Shown here: in pieces, positions 1 to 9,314 of the stretch
Layout of the letters: each line of letters starts with the position of its first letter
Numbering within the stretch: position 1 is the stretch's first letter
DNA from: Candidatus Daviesbacteria bacterium
Lineage (GTDB): Bacteria; Patescibacteriota; Microgenomatia; Daviesbacterales; UBA10151
Length of the DNA stretch: 64,000 nucleotides
NCBI GenBank assembly: GCA_016187025.1
Contig: JACPKM010000001.1
Coordinates: forward strand, 171,188 to 235,187
Reading direction: 5' to 3'
Program-made: the position numbers and the translations under genes
The notes under the pieces: model-generated
The model's input: the letters and a program-made list of their open reading frames with translations, nothing else
What the model was told of the DNA's origin: nothing
The model's database searches: none

Positions 1-30
1 TATTTCACTGCATGCATACTATGATTAAGT

Positions 31-438
31 ATGAGAAGAATAGCTTCTTTTGTAACCACACTTTTATCTTACCTTTCCTTTCCTACAATCATCTTGGCGC
101 AACGGACCCCTACCCGTATAGAAATTAATCCTCCTCCGGTAGGATATTCCGACTTAGGAGTCTTTATAAGAAATGTATTATTTTTGATATTTGGCGTAGC
201 TGCATTAGCTGTTTTGGTAATGCTTATTTGGGGGGCATTTGAGTGGATAACATCAGGCGGAGACAAAGATGCAGTTGGTAAGGCAAGGGGTAAAATCCTC
301 AATGCCTTAATTGGACTGGCAGTGCTGGCGGTTGCCTTTGCTATTGCTTCTTTGGCAGCTCAATTTACAGGCATAAATCTGTTTGAAATTATTATCCCAA
401 CCCCTCAGAATCCTGCACCAATTGCGCCCCGGCCATAG
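31..438 (+). CDS. VirB2/TrbC-like T4SS pilin (CPR type)
   Basis: Signal-like N-terminus, two hydrophobic helices joined by WITSGGDKDAVGKARGKILNALIGL, the loop typical of CPR T4SS pilins. Confidence 0.8.
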   Translation: MRRIASFVTTLLSYLSFPTIILAQRTPTRIEINPPPVGYSDLGVFIRNVLFLIFGVAALAVLVMLIWGAFEWITSGGDKDAVGKARGKILNALIGLAVLAVAFAIASLAAQFTGINLFEIIIPTPQNPAPIAPRP

Positions 439-447
439 TATTGTTAT

Positions 448-741
448 ATGGAACCACCTGCTGGTTTAAACCAACTTGAGCTTATTTTTGGAAGAATTGT
501 CTCTTTTTCCGTTGCTTTAACATTTATTGCATTATTTGTCATGCTGGTGTGGGGAGGATTAAAATATATTACCTCAGGGGGTGAACAGAAAGCAGTGCAA
601 GCTGCCCACCAAACTATAACCTGGGCTCTTTTGGGTGTATTATTTGTAATAATAGCCTGGTTGGTTTTGCTTACAATTGCTTCCCTGACTGGGATTAGTG
701 CATTAAAAGTATTTGACCCTAAAGTGCTTTTAAACCCTTAA
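448..741 (+). CDS. VirB2/TrbC-like T4SS pilin (CPR type), paralog
   Basis: GGLKYITSGGEQKAVQAAHQTITWALLG motif between two TM helices; tandem with previous pilin. Confidence 0.8.
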   Translation: MEPPAGLNQLELIFGRIVSFSVALTFIALFVMLVWGGLKYITSGGEQKAVQAAHQTITWALLGVLFVIIAWLVLLTIASLTGISALKVFDPKVLLNP

Positions 742-782
742 GCCTGTTGCAAAAAGCAGTTGAATTGTTTTACCCTTAATAT

Positions 783-2498
783 ATGTCTGCCCTATTTCAA
801 AATAGTATTAAGGTTCTAATTAGTCTGATACTTATAGCATTATTCACGCCATCTGCTTTTGCCCAAACAAACTCAGTGGAGGCAACAACAAGCGCGGCTA
901 CCGCGCAAACCGCCTATATTCATCCTCTATCTCCGCAATATGCCAATCTAACAGTTATCAACTTAATTCATACCTTAAGCTGCTTTGCAGAAGGAGCTTC
1001 TATTATCGGTCAGCCATGTTTAGAAGTAATTCCCTCCTATAATCTATACGGGTTACAACCATCTTCCACATCCAGAGGAACCGTGGGTGCAATTGCCAGT
1101 TTTTTAACCGCCCTTTATTCAACTCCGCCTACACAGACAAGCGTATACTTGGCAGAGCTGGGAAAAGAGCTTTCTATAATCCCCGAGGCAAAAGCACAGG
1201 TATCCGGAAGCGGCGATGCAATACTCACTCCAGTTAAACAAATTTGGTCAGTTGCGAGAAATTTGGCCTATATAGTTATGATTTTTGTATTTATTGTAAT
1301 TGGCTTTATGATTATGTTCAGGCAAAAAATTAACCCACAAACTGTTATATCTGCTCAGGCAGCCTTACCCTCTTTAGTTGTTGGATTGATACTAATTACA
1401 TTTAGCTACTTCATATCTTCTCTTCTTCTTGATGCAACTTTTTTAACTACCCGTATCTCAGCAAACTTAGTTGAAGGGTCAATACTCAAACCAGGCTCAA
1501 GTGAAAATATGCTCAAAAATGGCAGTCTTTTTGAAATCTTTAATGAGTTTATGCAAATAAAATGGCCATCTGAGGTTATAGACACAACCATACAAACCCT
1601 GAGCTCTCTTCAAAGCGACAAGGGAGGGATAGGTGAGATAATCGAAAATGCTTCGGGTCTGGGAGGGTGTTTAGTAGGAATTCAACTTGCCCCCAAGTGG
1701 GATATGGATATAAAACCTTTTGGTATAGGATTCAAAATACCAATCGGAGATCTTTTAGCCAAAGGCGGAAGCTGTCTTGCAGGAGGTGGTTTAGCAAAAC
1801 TCCTTTATAATGTACCGGGGCTCACAGGTACTTTAACAGGGTTGATTTTGTATGTTGTTTTAATTATCGCTTTACTGATTGCTTTATTCAGGTTGCTTTT
1901 TGCCTTAATTACCTCTTATATAACAATCATGATCTTTACTATTTTGTCCCCTTTTTATTTTCTTTTTGCCAGTATTCCCGGAAGGCAGGGGGCCAGCAGC
2001 ACTTGGTTTAAGACCATGGTTGCCAATTTACTGGCTTTTCCTGCCGTATTGGCTGCTTTAATTTTTGCCTCTTATATTTTGGGTATTAACACAGGGGTAA
2101 TTCAAACAATAAATGGTCCGATAGATTTTTCCACCGGCACTGTACCTTTGCTGGGAGGTTTAAATACTTCCTTTTTGCGTATTGTGCTAGCATATGGAGT
2201 CTTATTACTTACTCCAGCTATCCCAGATCTGGTCAAAGAATCCCTGGGAGTAAAGGGGTTTGCAGGATTCCAAACAACTATAGCCGGGTTTACAGCTGGA
2301 TTTGGGGTTGCCAGAGGGGGAGTCAACAAGACAATAGCTCCAATCCAACAAGAGCGGCAGACCTTTAGGGAACAACTCTGGAGAGCAAGGTATGGAGCCA
2401 CAACAGAAGAGGCATTGAGAGGTAAGGCTCCTTGGTATATTACAATGGGCAATATCCCGGGGAGAGCAGCTGAGAAGAAGGAATCATCTAAGCCATAA
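783..2498 (+). CDS. Polytopic membrane protein, VirB6/TrbL-like
   Basis: 571 aa, signal peptide, many TM segments (WSVARNLAY..GFMIMFRQK, IFTILSPFYFLFASIPG); context between pilins and PrgI/VirB4. Confidence 0.6.
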   Translation: MSALFQNSIKVLISLILIALFTPSAFAQTNSVEATTSAATAQTAYIHPLSPQYANLTVINLIHTLSCFAEGASIIGQPCLEVIPSYNLYGLQPSSTSRGTVGAIASFLTALYSTPPTQTSVYLAELGKELSIIPEAKAQVSGSGDAILTPVKQIWSVARNLAYIVMIFVFIVIGFMIMFRQKINPQTVISAQAALPSLVVGLILITFSYFISSLLLDATFLTTRISANLVEGSILKPGSSENMLKNGSLFEIFNEFMQIKWPSEVIDTTIQTLSSLQSDKGGIGEIIENASGLGGCLVGIQLAPKWDMDIKPFGIGFKIPIGDLLAKGGSCLAGGGLAKLLYNVPGLTGTLTGLILYVVLIIALLIALFRLLFALITSYITIMIFTILSPFYFLFASIPGRQGASSTWFKTMVANLLAFPAVLAALIFASYILGINTGVIQTINGPIDFSTGTVPLLGGLNTSFLRIVLAYGVLLLTPAIPDLVKESLGVKGFAGFQTTIAGFTAGFGVARGGVNKTIAPIQQERQTFREQLWRARYGATTEEALRGKAPWYITMGNIPGRAAEKKESSKP

Positions 2499-2510
2499 AT
2501 AAATCAGGAG

Positions 2511-5150
2511 TTATTTTGCAAAAATACCCTTAAAAATATTTTTAAGGATATCCCATAAGCCTTCGTGGGGTTTTAACTTATTCAAGAAAATTTTGAACTC
2601 AGCCCACCAAATTGGTACCCCTATAATATTCCTTTCTAACTCGTTATACTTACCCTCCGACATCCCATTTTTGCGGAGTTTGTTAAGCATTTTTTTGATA
2701 TCCTGGTCATCAGGCGGATAGTCAAAACCTATCCCCTCTTTATCTTTATGATAATCATAAACTCTTATTTTCATTACTGCTTCTGCTAAATTATCCATAA
2801 AATTTTTCATCTCCCCTTCACCCCAGTTTGGCTCAGCCATAAACTGCCTTGCTTTTTCTCCGGTTTCACTAAAATTTTTACCGATATTTTCTGCATCCTC
2901 ATATGTGCTTGCACTATTTAGCCATCTGGGCCCTGTTTTAGTAAAAAGCGGTAACAGCTCATCCGCCCCTGCCCATTTTTTGGACATGGCCTTAATCTTG
3001 ACAAAACTACTTGACCAATTTCTGACTGTTTCAGATGCAGAAACATAACCCAAGCCCGTGGTGATGGCTAAAGTCTTAAAATATGTCAGCGGTCTCATCC
3101 TGTGCGCATATTTACCTGGATTGGCCTCACCTGTTTTAGCTAAATCCATTGGCTTATTATGCACTTTGCCCAGCTCTCTTGCCCTCCTGCCGCTGATTGA
3201 AGCCTCGGGACTTAAATAAGGAAATAGCTGGATATAAACATGGCTAAGCTCATTACCCCAGGTTTCTGATACACGATAAGCCTGATTGCTTTGTACATCT
3301 TCTAATACTCTTTTAACCATCTTTCCATATTCACCATATTTATCTGGGTCACCAGCCATCTCATTAACCATCTTTGCCGCAATCCTTAAGTTAATCCTTA
3401 CCTTTACTCCTGTACCCAACTCACCATCAGGATAATCTTTAAATCCCTTGCGATATTTAGGCCTGGTAACCGGATCGTCCCACTCCAAAATAGGATTAAG
3501 CACTACTGGTCCCCCCCTGACATTTCTGGCGCGAAAGGCCGGATCATCAGCCATTCCGGCTAAATTATTATTGAAGTTTTCAACCTCCTGATACCAATCC
3601 ACACCTCTCTCTTCCTCCCTCGTTGGTTTATAATCCTGCTTCTTTCCAGTTATTTCTATAGCAGGAGGGGGTTTCTGCGTGTATCTTTCAGGAAGCGGTG
3701 CCTTTTTCCATACATCAGGGTCATCAACCCACCTAATTCCATCATATTCCACAGAAACACCAAAGGCATGATGAAACGATTCTGCTAAGTGAAACGCCCT
3801 GGCAATATCATCAACCAGTTTGGCAAAGCGTTCTTGTTGCTCAGGAGAAAATGGCAGTGCGGCTCCCGCAGAATCTTTTAACCTGCCCCCGTATTTTTCG
3901 ATTACTTCCTTAACTATATCCTCCCCTGTTTTTTGTCTTTCGTATTTGTCATTTTGTTCCAGATGATTAATAGCTATTTTCAATAATTCATCATAATCCT
4001 TCTTTCTAAATTCGCTATCTGATTTAAAATTAGCCAGACCTAAACCATCCTCAACTTTCCGGGCTTCATCAATCAGTTTAAATTTATGCCTGATGACCCA
4101 GCCTCTTTCTGCCTTATCATCCCCGCTTTTTAAATCTTTATCTACATCAAGATCCTCTTTTAAAAGGGGCGAGTAAAATTCTGCGTCAGATGGATATTTT
4201 CTGTCTTTAGGCTTTCTATAATAAGCTCCGTCTTCCCGGTCTTCAGACCCCAGATCGGCTTGTTCTAATATACCGGCAGCTTTTTCAACCCCTGCTAGTT
4301 CCAGTATTGACAACAAGTGTCTTTGATAAAAATTGGTGATATTTTTTGTATATTCGGCTCCGCTTATAAACTTGGCAATGAAATTGATAATATGCAGATT
4401 CAACCTACCTTCTATCACGGTAGTCATTTCAGCGCGGAAGTGCTCATTTTCAGCAAAAAGTGAATTCATTATTCCATATAACTCTTTGACAGCATCGGCG
4501 CCCTGAGGAGAAGCAGTATCCCTTTCCATTACCCGGACCACTTGCTCAACATAAATACGCACCCTCGTATAATCAGGATCAAGATCCTTCTCGTCTGCTG
4601 CTTTTAAATCATCTACCTTGCTGTATGTACCTAAGTGGCTTCTTCTTTCTAAAACCTGGGCTATCTCTTCGGGGGATAAACCCAAAAGTTGCAGCCTTAA
4701 CTGCTGAACCGCAGAATCTCTCTCTATAGCTTCCGGGTCTATACCTCTGGCAGCATAAGCGTCATAAATAGCTTGCAAACTCTTCGCTGCCCCCTCTCTG
4801 GTAAGACGCTGCTTCTCTGTAAGCCCCATGACCCGCCGGTACTTCTCCCACCATTCTGTTTCTTGTTCAGGTTTAGCCCGGTCTAACGCTGCCATTTCTT
4901 CTCTTTCTCTTTTAAGCTCCTCATATTTCCTTCTTCTTTCCTCATCATCACCTGCCCCCCCGCCTGCTTTGGGATAAAATTTACCATCGGGGGTTCTATA
5001 CCCGGGTATGCCATTTACCGTCGCTTCTTCAAATTCAATATCTTCTTTAACAGGTTTTTGGCGGCTAAAGACTTCTGAGGACATTAAAGGTTCTGCCTGT
5101 TTAGGTTCAGGCTGAGGAGGCGGGCCTCCTCTTTCTGCTGCTTCTGCCAT
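2511..5150 (-). CDS. Large hydrophilic hypothetical protein
   Basis: 879-aa open frame, charged, Pro/Glu-rich N-terminus, no motif recognised. Confidence 0.75.
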   Translation of the reverse strand: MAEAAERGGPPPQPEPKQAEPLMSSEVFSRQKPVKEDIEFEEATVNGIPGYRTPDGKFYPKAGGGAGDDEERRRKYEELKREREEMAALDRAKPEQETEWWEKYRRVMGLTEKQRLTREGAAKSLQAIYDAYAARGIDPEAIERDSAVQQLRLQLLGLSPEEIAQVLERRSHLGTYSKVDDLKAADEKDLDPDYTRVRIYVEQVVRVMERDTASPQGADAVKELYGIMNSLFAENEHFRAEMTTVIEGRLNLHIINFIAKFISGAEYTKNITNFYQRHLLSILELAGVEKAAGILEQADLGSEDREDGAYYRKPKDRKYPSDAEFYSPLLKEDLDVDKDLKSGDDKAERGWVIRHKFKLIDEARKVEDGLGLANFKSDSEFRKKDYDELLKIAINHLEQNDKYERQKTGEDIVKEVIEKYGGRLKDSAGAALPFSPEQQERFAKLVDDIARAFHLAESFHHAFGVSVEYDGIRWVDDPDVWKKAPLPERYTQKPPPAIEITGKKQDYKPTREEERGVDWYQEVENFNNNLAGMADDPAFRARNVRGGPVVLNPILEWDDPVTRPKYRKGFKDYPDGELGTGVKVRINLRIAAKMVNEMAGDPDKYGEYGKMVKRVLEDVQSNQAYRVSETWGNELSHVYIQLFPYLSPEASISGRRARELGKVHNKPMDLAKTGEANPGKYAHRMRPLTYFKTLAITTGLGYVSASETVRNWSSSFVKIKAMSKKWAGADELLPLFTKTGPRWLNSASTYEDAENIGKNFSETGEKARQFMAEPNWGEGEMKNFMDNLAEAVMKIRVYDYHKDKEGIGFDYPPDDQDIKKMLNKLRKNGMSEGKYNELERNIIGVPIWWAEFKIFLNKLKPHEGLWDILKNIFKGIFAK

Positions 5151-5194
5151 ATGAGTTATATTTTACTCTTTTGAAGAGTTACTAAGCAAATTTT

Positions 5195-6424
5195 TTAGGC
5201 AGGTTGCGCTTCCCCGCATGCCTTACAAAAGTTACACAAAACATAAGTTAGCTGTCCGCAACCCACACACCTACCTGTTTCCCATCCTTCTGAATTTCCT
5301 GTCATCCCCATTCTTAATCCTCCAATGGTGGTTACTGAGGTAATTCCCACACCTTTGCCAACTCCAAAACAACCCCTAAATGTTTGCATATATCCTAAAG
5401 CTTTATCCCTGTCCAGGTTTGTTAAACGCCCATCTGCTGATCCAAAGCTTTCCCCTTTTGAATAAAGAATTATTTTTATCAAAGCTTCCTTCATCTGTTT
5501 TTCCAGCCATTTTTGGCCAACAATAGTTTGCAAAGCATCGGGGAATTTGGCAAAGAAATTAGTTAAATCACTTATATATTGATGAAGAAGAGCATTTTGC
5601 TCTTCTTGATCTTCCTTTTCCAAAGCTGCACAAACTTGAGCGTTTGTGCTGTTTTCCCCTTCAAACGGATCTTTTTTCATAGCAACAATTTCATCAACAA
5701 GCTCCCCAAACCCATAAGATTGGTCTTCAGTTGCTTCCAAATACAGACCGTTTCTAACTAAGTTGCTGGTAACAGTCTTTTTATCAACGCCTAAAAACGG
5801 AATTGGCTCGTACGGCTTATATTTATTTCTTAGTTTATAGAAAAGTTTCTGGCACTCAATAACTGATAAATTAGTCCTGACAACCACAGATTTTAAACCT
5901 GTGGCATCTTTTTTGAAAAAGTAAAAGTAAGAATCCGGGTAGTCGATCTCTTTGTCTTGCGGATCTTTGATGTTTGAACACCCCTCTGGACTCCACAGCA
6001 TTGAAACAGAGCCAACAGGCGCTTTGTCCAAAAACCTCTCATTTTCCTCCCACACATCACAGACTGCCCCTTCGCGCTCATTAGGATCAATTTGTTCCAA
6101 AACCCTTCTGCCTGATTTATCAACTATATGCCCCTTTTCATTGATTCTGTAATTAATTGGTATCACTGCCTCACATCTGACATACTCCTTGATCCAAGAC
6201 TCAATATTTTCCCTATGCCCAATTACGGCATTTTCTTGGCCAACTATCTCAAGTTGTTTTGCCAGTGCGCCAACTTCATGTGCGGCATTAAAACCGACAA
6301 TAGGAATATTTAACACATTTAAGGAGAGCTCTTGATATGTCCTTAAAGGGGCTCTAGGTAGCCTATTCCGACCAATATCAAGGGGGGTGATAGCTTTTCC
6401 TGCTAATGCTTCTTTTGTTGACAT
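5195..6424 (-). CDS. Hypothetical protein with C-terminal Cys4 zinc-ribbon-like motif
   Basis: 409-aa ORF ending CVGCGQLTYVLCNFCKAC; SD-like AGAGGA just upstream of ATG. Confidence 0.7.
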   Translation of the reverse strand: MSTKEALAGKAITPLDIGRNRLPRAPLRTYQELSLNVLNIPIVGFNAAHEVGALAKQLEIVGQENAVIGHRENIESWIKEYVRCEAVIPINYRINEKGHIVDKSGRRVLEQIDPNEREGAVCDVWEENERFLDKAPVGSVSMLWSPEGCSNIKDPQDKEIDYPDSYFYFFKKDATGLKSVVVRTNLSVIECQKLFYKLRNKYKPYEPIPFLGVDKKTVTSNLVRNGLYLEATEDQSYGFGELVDEIVAMKKDPFEGENSTNAQVCAALEKEDQEEQNALLHQYISDLTNFFAKFPDALQTIVGQKWLEKQMKEALIKIILYSKGESFGSADGRLTNLDRDKALGYMQTFRGCFGVGKGVGITSVTTIGGLRMGMTGNSEGWETGRCVGCGQLTYVLCNFCKACGEAQPA

Positions 6425-6509
6425 ATATCCTCTTTGCCCGAAGAGCTTTATCCAGAATCCAGGCAGTCCGGCTTTCGGAGCTTTAATTTATAACTTAAAC
6501 TTTCATTTG

Positions 6510-7307
6510 TCAATTGCGGTATGTAAAAGTATTTCGAATTGTTTCTGTAGGATGTTCATTCAGATTGGGCATTACATAACCAAAACCTGGAGAAGTTACT
6601 ATATAATGATATGGGGAGGTTGTATCTCCCAAGGCTACACGAACCCTATGCGCCGTCACTGGTAAAATATGTTCATTTTGGTAGCCTTCATGTGAGTAAG
6701 TATCACCCCATACTTTAGCCAATAAATCTTTTTTACTTACCGGCTCTCCTAAATTAGTTGCTAAAACAACTAATAATCTATATTCTGTAGGTGTCAAACG
6801 AACATGGCTTCCTCTTACATGAACACTCTGCTCTCTCAAGCTAATTGCCAACCCATCATTGTGTATAAACCTTGGTAACTGAGTGGTATCAGCACCTTTT
6901 AAATCAGGTAAGTGATCAAGCCAGCGAAACGCCCGGGTTAAGTTTATTAATAAATCCCCCCTATCCCTATAAGCTACCTCGTGATAATAAGGGTAATCTG
7001 CTCTGGTAAATGGTAAATCAGTATCACTACCCGCAAGCCTTGAGGCGATAACAGGACAACCCCTATCAAGCATCATCCCCATACTCACCCAAACATTACT
7101 ATCGGCAAACGAAATATCTCCTAAGGCAATATCCGCACCTTTGATGGCTTCCCTGTCAACCCTTCTACTGTCCCAATCGGTAACAGCTTGAGGATTTATT
7201 ATTTCAATATTTTCTCTTGAACCGGAAGCAGTTAATAAGGTTCTGCCAATCCTTTTGATTGCGGCATCATCCGTATGAGGAAGAAATAGATACGCAAATC
7301 TCTCCAT
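6510..7307 (-). CDS. Transcriptional regulator: nucleoside 2-deoxyribosyltransferase-like domain fused to OmpR/PhoB winged helix
   Basis: C-terminal VRLTPTEYRLLVVLATNLGEPVSKKDLLAKVWG..RVRVALGD..YIVTSPGFGY is Trans_reg_C; N-terminal AIKGADIALGDISFADSNVWVSMG..CPVI..LPF is NDT-like; start placed at ATG 7307. Confidence 0.7.
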   Translation of the reverse strand: MERFAYLFLPHTDDAAIKRIGRTLLTASGSRENIEIINPQAVTDWDSRRVDREAIKGADIALGDISFADSNVWVSMGMMLDRGCPVIASRLAGSDTDLPFTRADYPYYHEVAYRDRGDLLINLTRAFRWLDHLPDLKGADTTQLPRFIHNDGLAISLREQSVHVRGSHVRLTPTEYRLLVVLATNLGEPVSKKDLLAKVWGDTYSHEGYQNEHILPVTAHRVRVALGDTTSPYHYIVTSPGFGYVMPNLNEHPTETIRNTFTYRN

Positions 7308-7494
7308 AGCTTTAGTCAGGTGAGTAAATTTAACCAAAGCTGTAGTTTTTTTCAAGAAGGAGTTTAAGGCGAAATGTATATACTAAACTATCTAATTTGT
7401 TACTAAAATGGTTTAATTTGCCCTTAAATGACCTACTTTGTATATCTAGACACTAAAATTTTCACGTTATAGGATCTAAAGGATAAACCTGCCG

Positions 7495-8553
7495 ATGGAA
7501 CCGCATCCAATACCACAAAATATTACCTCCTTTCAATTTAAGTTGATTGGGGATATGACTTTAAAGCAATTTATCTACCTTGCTACTGGGGTGGGAATAG
7601 CTTATTTAACATTTATTTTTTTAGGAGCAAGTATACCCATAATTGCCTGGCCGGTTATTATTTCCAGTTCTCTACTTGGAGTTGCATTTGCTTTTTTACC
7701 TGTTGGTTATAGGTCTTTGGACCACTGGATGATTGCTTTTATGAAAGCAGTTTATTCTCCAACTAAAAGAGGTTGGAAGAAAAGCGGAAAAGATTATAAA
7801 AACGAGCCTCTTTTTAATAGCAGACTGTCTATGTTTTTGCAGGTCACCTCTACTGCTGCTGTCAGTCAGACAACCACTCAGGTACCGCTTGCTCAACCAA
7901 GTATTAACCAGGAAGAAAAACCTGCAAAACCACAACAAGATGTTTTACCTTCTTCAGAAGAGTTACAAAAAACAGTTGAACTGGCCAAACAAGCACAGGA
8001 TCTGCAAAATCAGATTGTAGAAAATGAAAGGAAACTTACCCAAATTAAAGTAGCAGCCAGCAAACCTAGCCCAATTCCGGTTGACTATTCACAAGAAATC
8101 AAAACCATCCTCGAAAACCTTAATAAACTGTTAGAAAAAGCATCGGCAATAAAGAACCAGTTATCCCAGTTGGAACATCAAGAACAGCACAATATGAAAA
8201 ATATTCTGGTTGGGACAACTCCAGTAAGGATTGTCGCTCCATCAAAACCAAAACAAACTCCACTCACTCTGACAAGTTCAGCAAATGTTATTAATGGAAT
8301 TGTTAAAGATGCGGAAAACAACTACCTAGAGGGAGTGGTGGTGGTTGTCTACGATAAAGAGGGCTTGCCGGTAAGAGCCTTAAAAACAAATAAACTGGGG
8401 CAGTTTTCCAGCGCTACTCCCCTACCAAATGGAACTTATACAGTTGAGCTGGAAAAAGAAAACCTTTTCTTTGACGCCTTACAAATGGAGCTTGCTGGAG
8501 AAATACTTCCACCGCTTATGATAGCAGCAAAAAGAGGTGTAATTAACAGTTAA
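7495..8553 (+). CDS. PrgI-family (VirB3-like) protein with coiled coil and C-terminal carboxypeptidase-regulatory-like domain
   Basis: MEPHPIPQNITSFQFKLIGDMTLKQF, two TMs, coiled coil, INGIVKD..RALKTNKLGQF..NGTYTVE. Confidence 0.8.
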   Translation: MEPHPIPQNITSFQFKLIGDMTLKQFIYLATGVGIAYLTFIFLGASIPIIAWPVIISSSLLGVAFAFLPVGYRSLDHWMIAFMKAVYSPTKRGWKKSGKDYKNEPLFNSRLSMFLQVTSTAAVSQTTTQVPLAQPSINQEEKPAKPQQDVLPSSEELQKTVELAKQAQDLQNQIVENERKLTQIKVAASKPSPIPVDYSQEIKTILENLNKLLEKASAIKNQLSQLEHQEQHNMKNILVGTTPVRIVAPSKPKQTPLTLTSSANVINGIVKDAENNYLEGVVVVVYDKEGLPVRALKTNKLGQFSSATPLPNGTYTVELEKENLFFDALQMELAGEILPPLMIAAKRGVINS

Positions 8554-8554
8554 T

Positions 8555-9304
8555 ATGAATACAACACAGCAACACTTACCAATAAGAGATATTAAAGATG
8601 ATTTAGTGCTGCTAAAAGACGGAGGCTCGGCGCTGGTACTGCAAGTAGGCGCAGTTAATTTTGGATTACTCTCAGAAAGAGAGCAGATTGCAATTATTTC
8701 CTCTTTTGCCCAGATGCTAAACTCGCTGTCTTTTAGTATACAAATTCTTATTCATTCTGAAAGATTAAATCTTTCCTCTTATACCCAAAAATTAGAACAG
8801 GCACAGAAAATGCAAACTAATCCGTTACTGTCTAGTATGATAGGCCGGTATAAAACTTTTATACAAAAAATAGTAAAAGAAAATGATGTCCTGGATAAAA
8901 AATTTTATTTGGTAATACCAGCCTACAGCATAGAGTTGGGGATAGGGTTGTCAACTGAGGATATGTTTACAAAAGCCAAAACACTGCTTCTCCCCAGAAA
9001 AGATCAGATTATAAGACAACTTAGCAGGATTAGTCTGAGGTCAAACCAACTAAGCACCAGGGAGCTGGTTTTACTGTTTTATAACATCTATAACTATTCA
9101 CCAAATCAGCTAACTCTAACAAAACCAACCCAATCCCAAATTCAGGTAGACCAGGTACAGCTCAAAAACCCCCAACCTGCTCAGCCACCTGTACCTTCAC
9201 AAGTTGAACAAACGGTGTCAGTTATTACTCAACCAATCAGAGATACCTACACCAGCCCCAGCAAACGGGTGCCCTTTGTAGTTGAAGAGCTGACAGACAA
9301 TTGA
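8555..9304 (+). CDS. T4SS accessory protein resembling the VirB4/TraC N-terminal region
   Basis: TQQHLPIRDIKDDLVLLKDG..VNFGLLSEREQ..LNSLSFSIQI; lies between PrgI and VirB4 genes. Confidence 0.65.
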   Translation: MNTTQQHLPIRDIKDDLVLLKDGGSALVLQVGAVNFGLLSEREQIAIISSFAQMLNSLSFSIQILIHSERLNLSSYTQKLEQAQKMQTNPLLSSMIGRYKTFIQKIVKENDVLDKKFYLVIPAYSIELGIGLSTEDMFTKAKTLLLPRKDQIIRQLSRISLRSNQLSTRELVLLFYNIYNYSPNQLTLTKPTQSQIQVDQVQLKNPQPAQPPVPSQVEQTVSVITQPIRDTYTSPSKRVPFVVEELTDN

Positions 9305-9314
9305 GAGGTTGATT

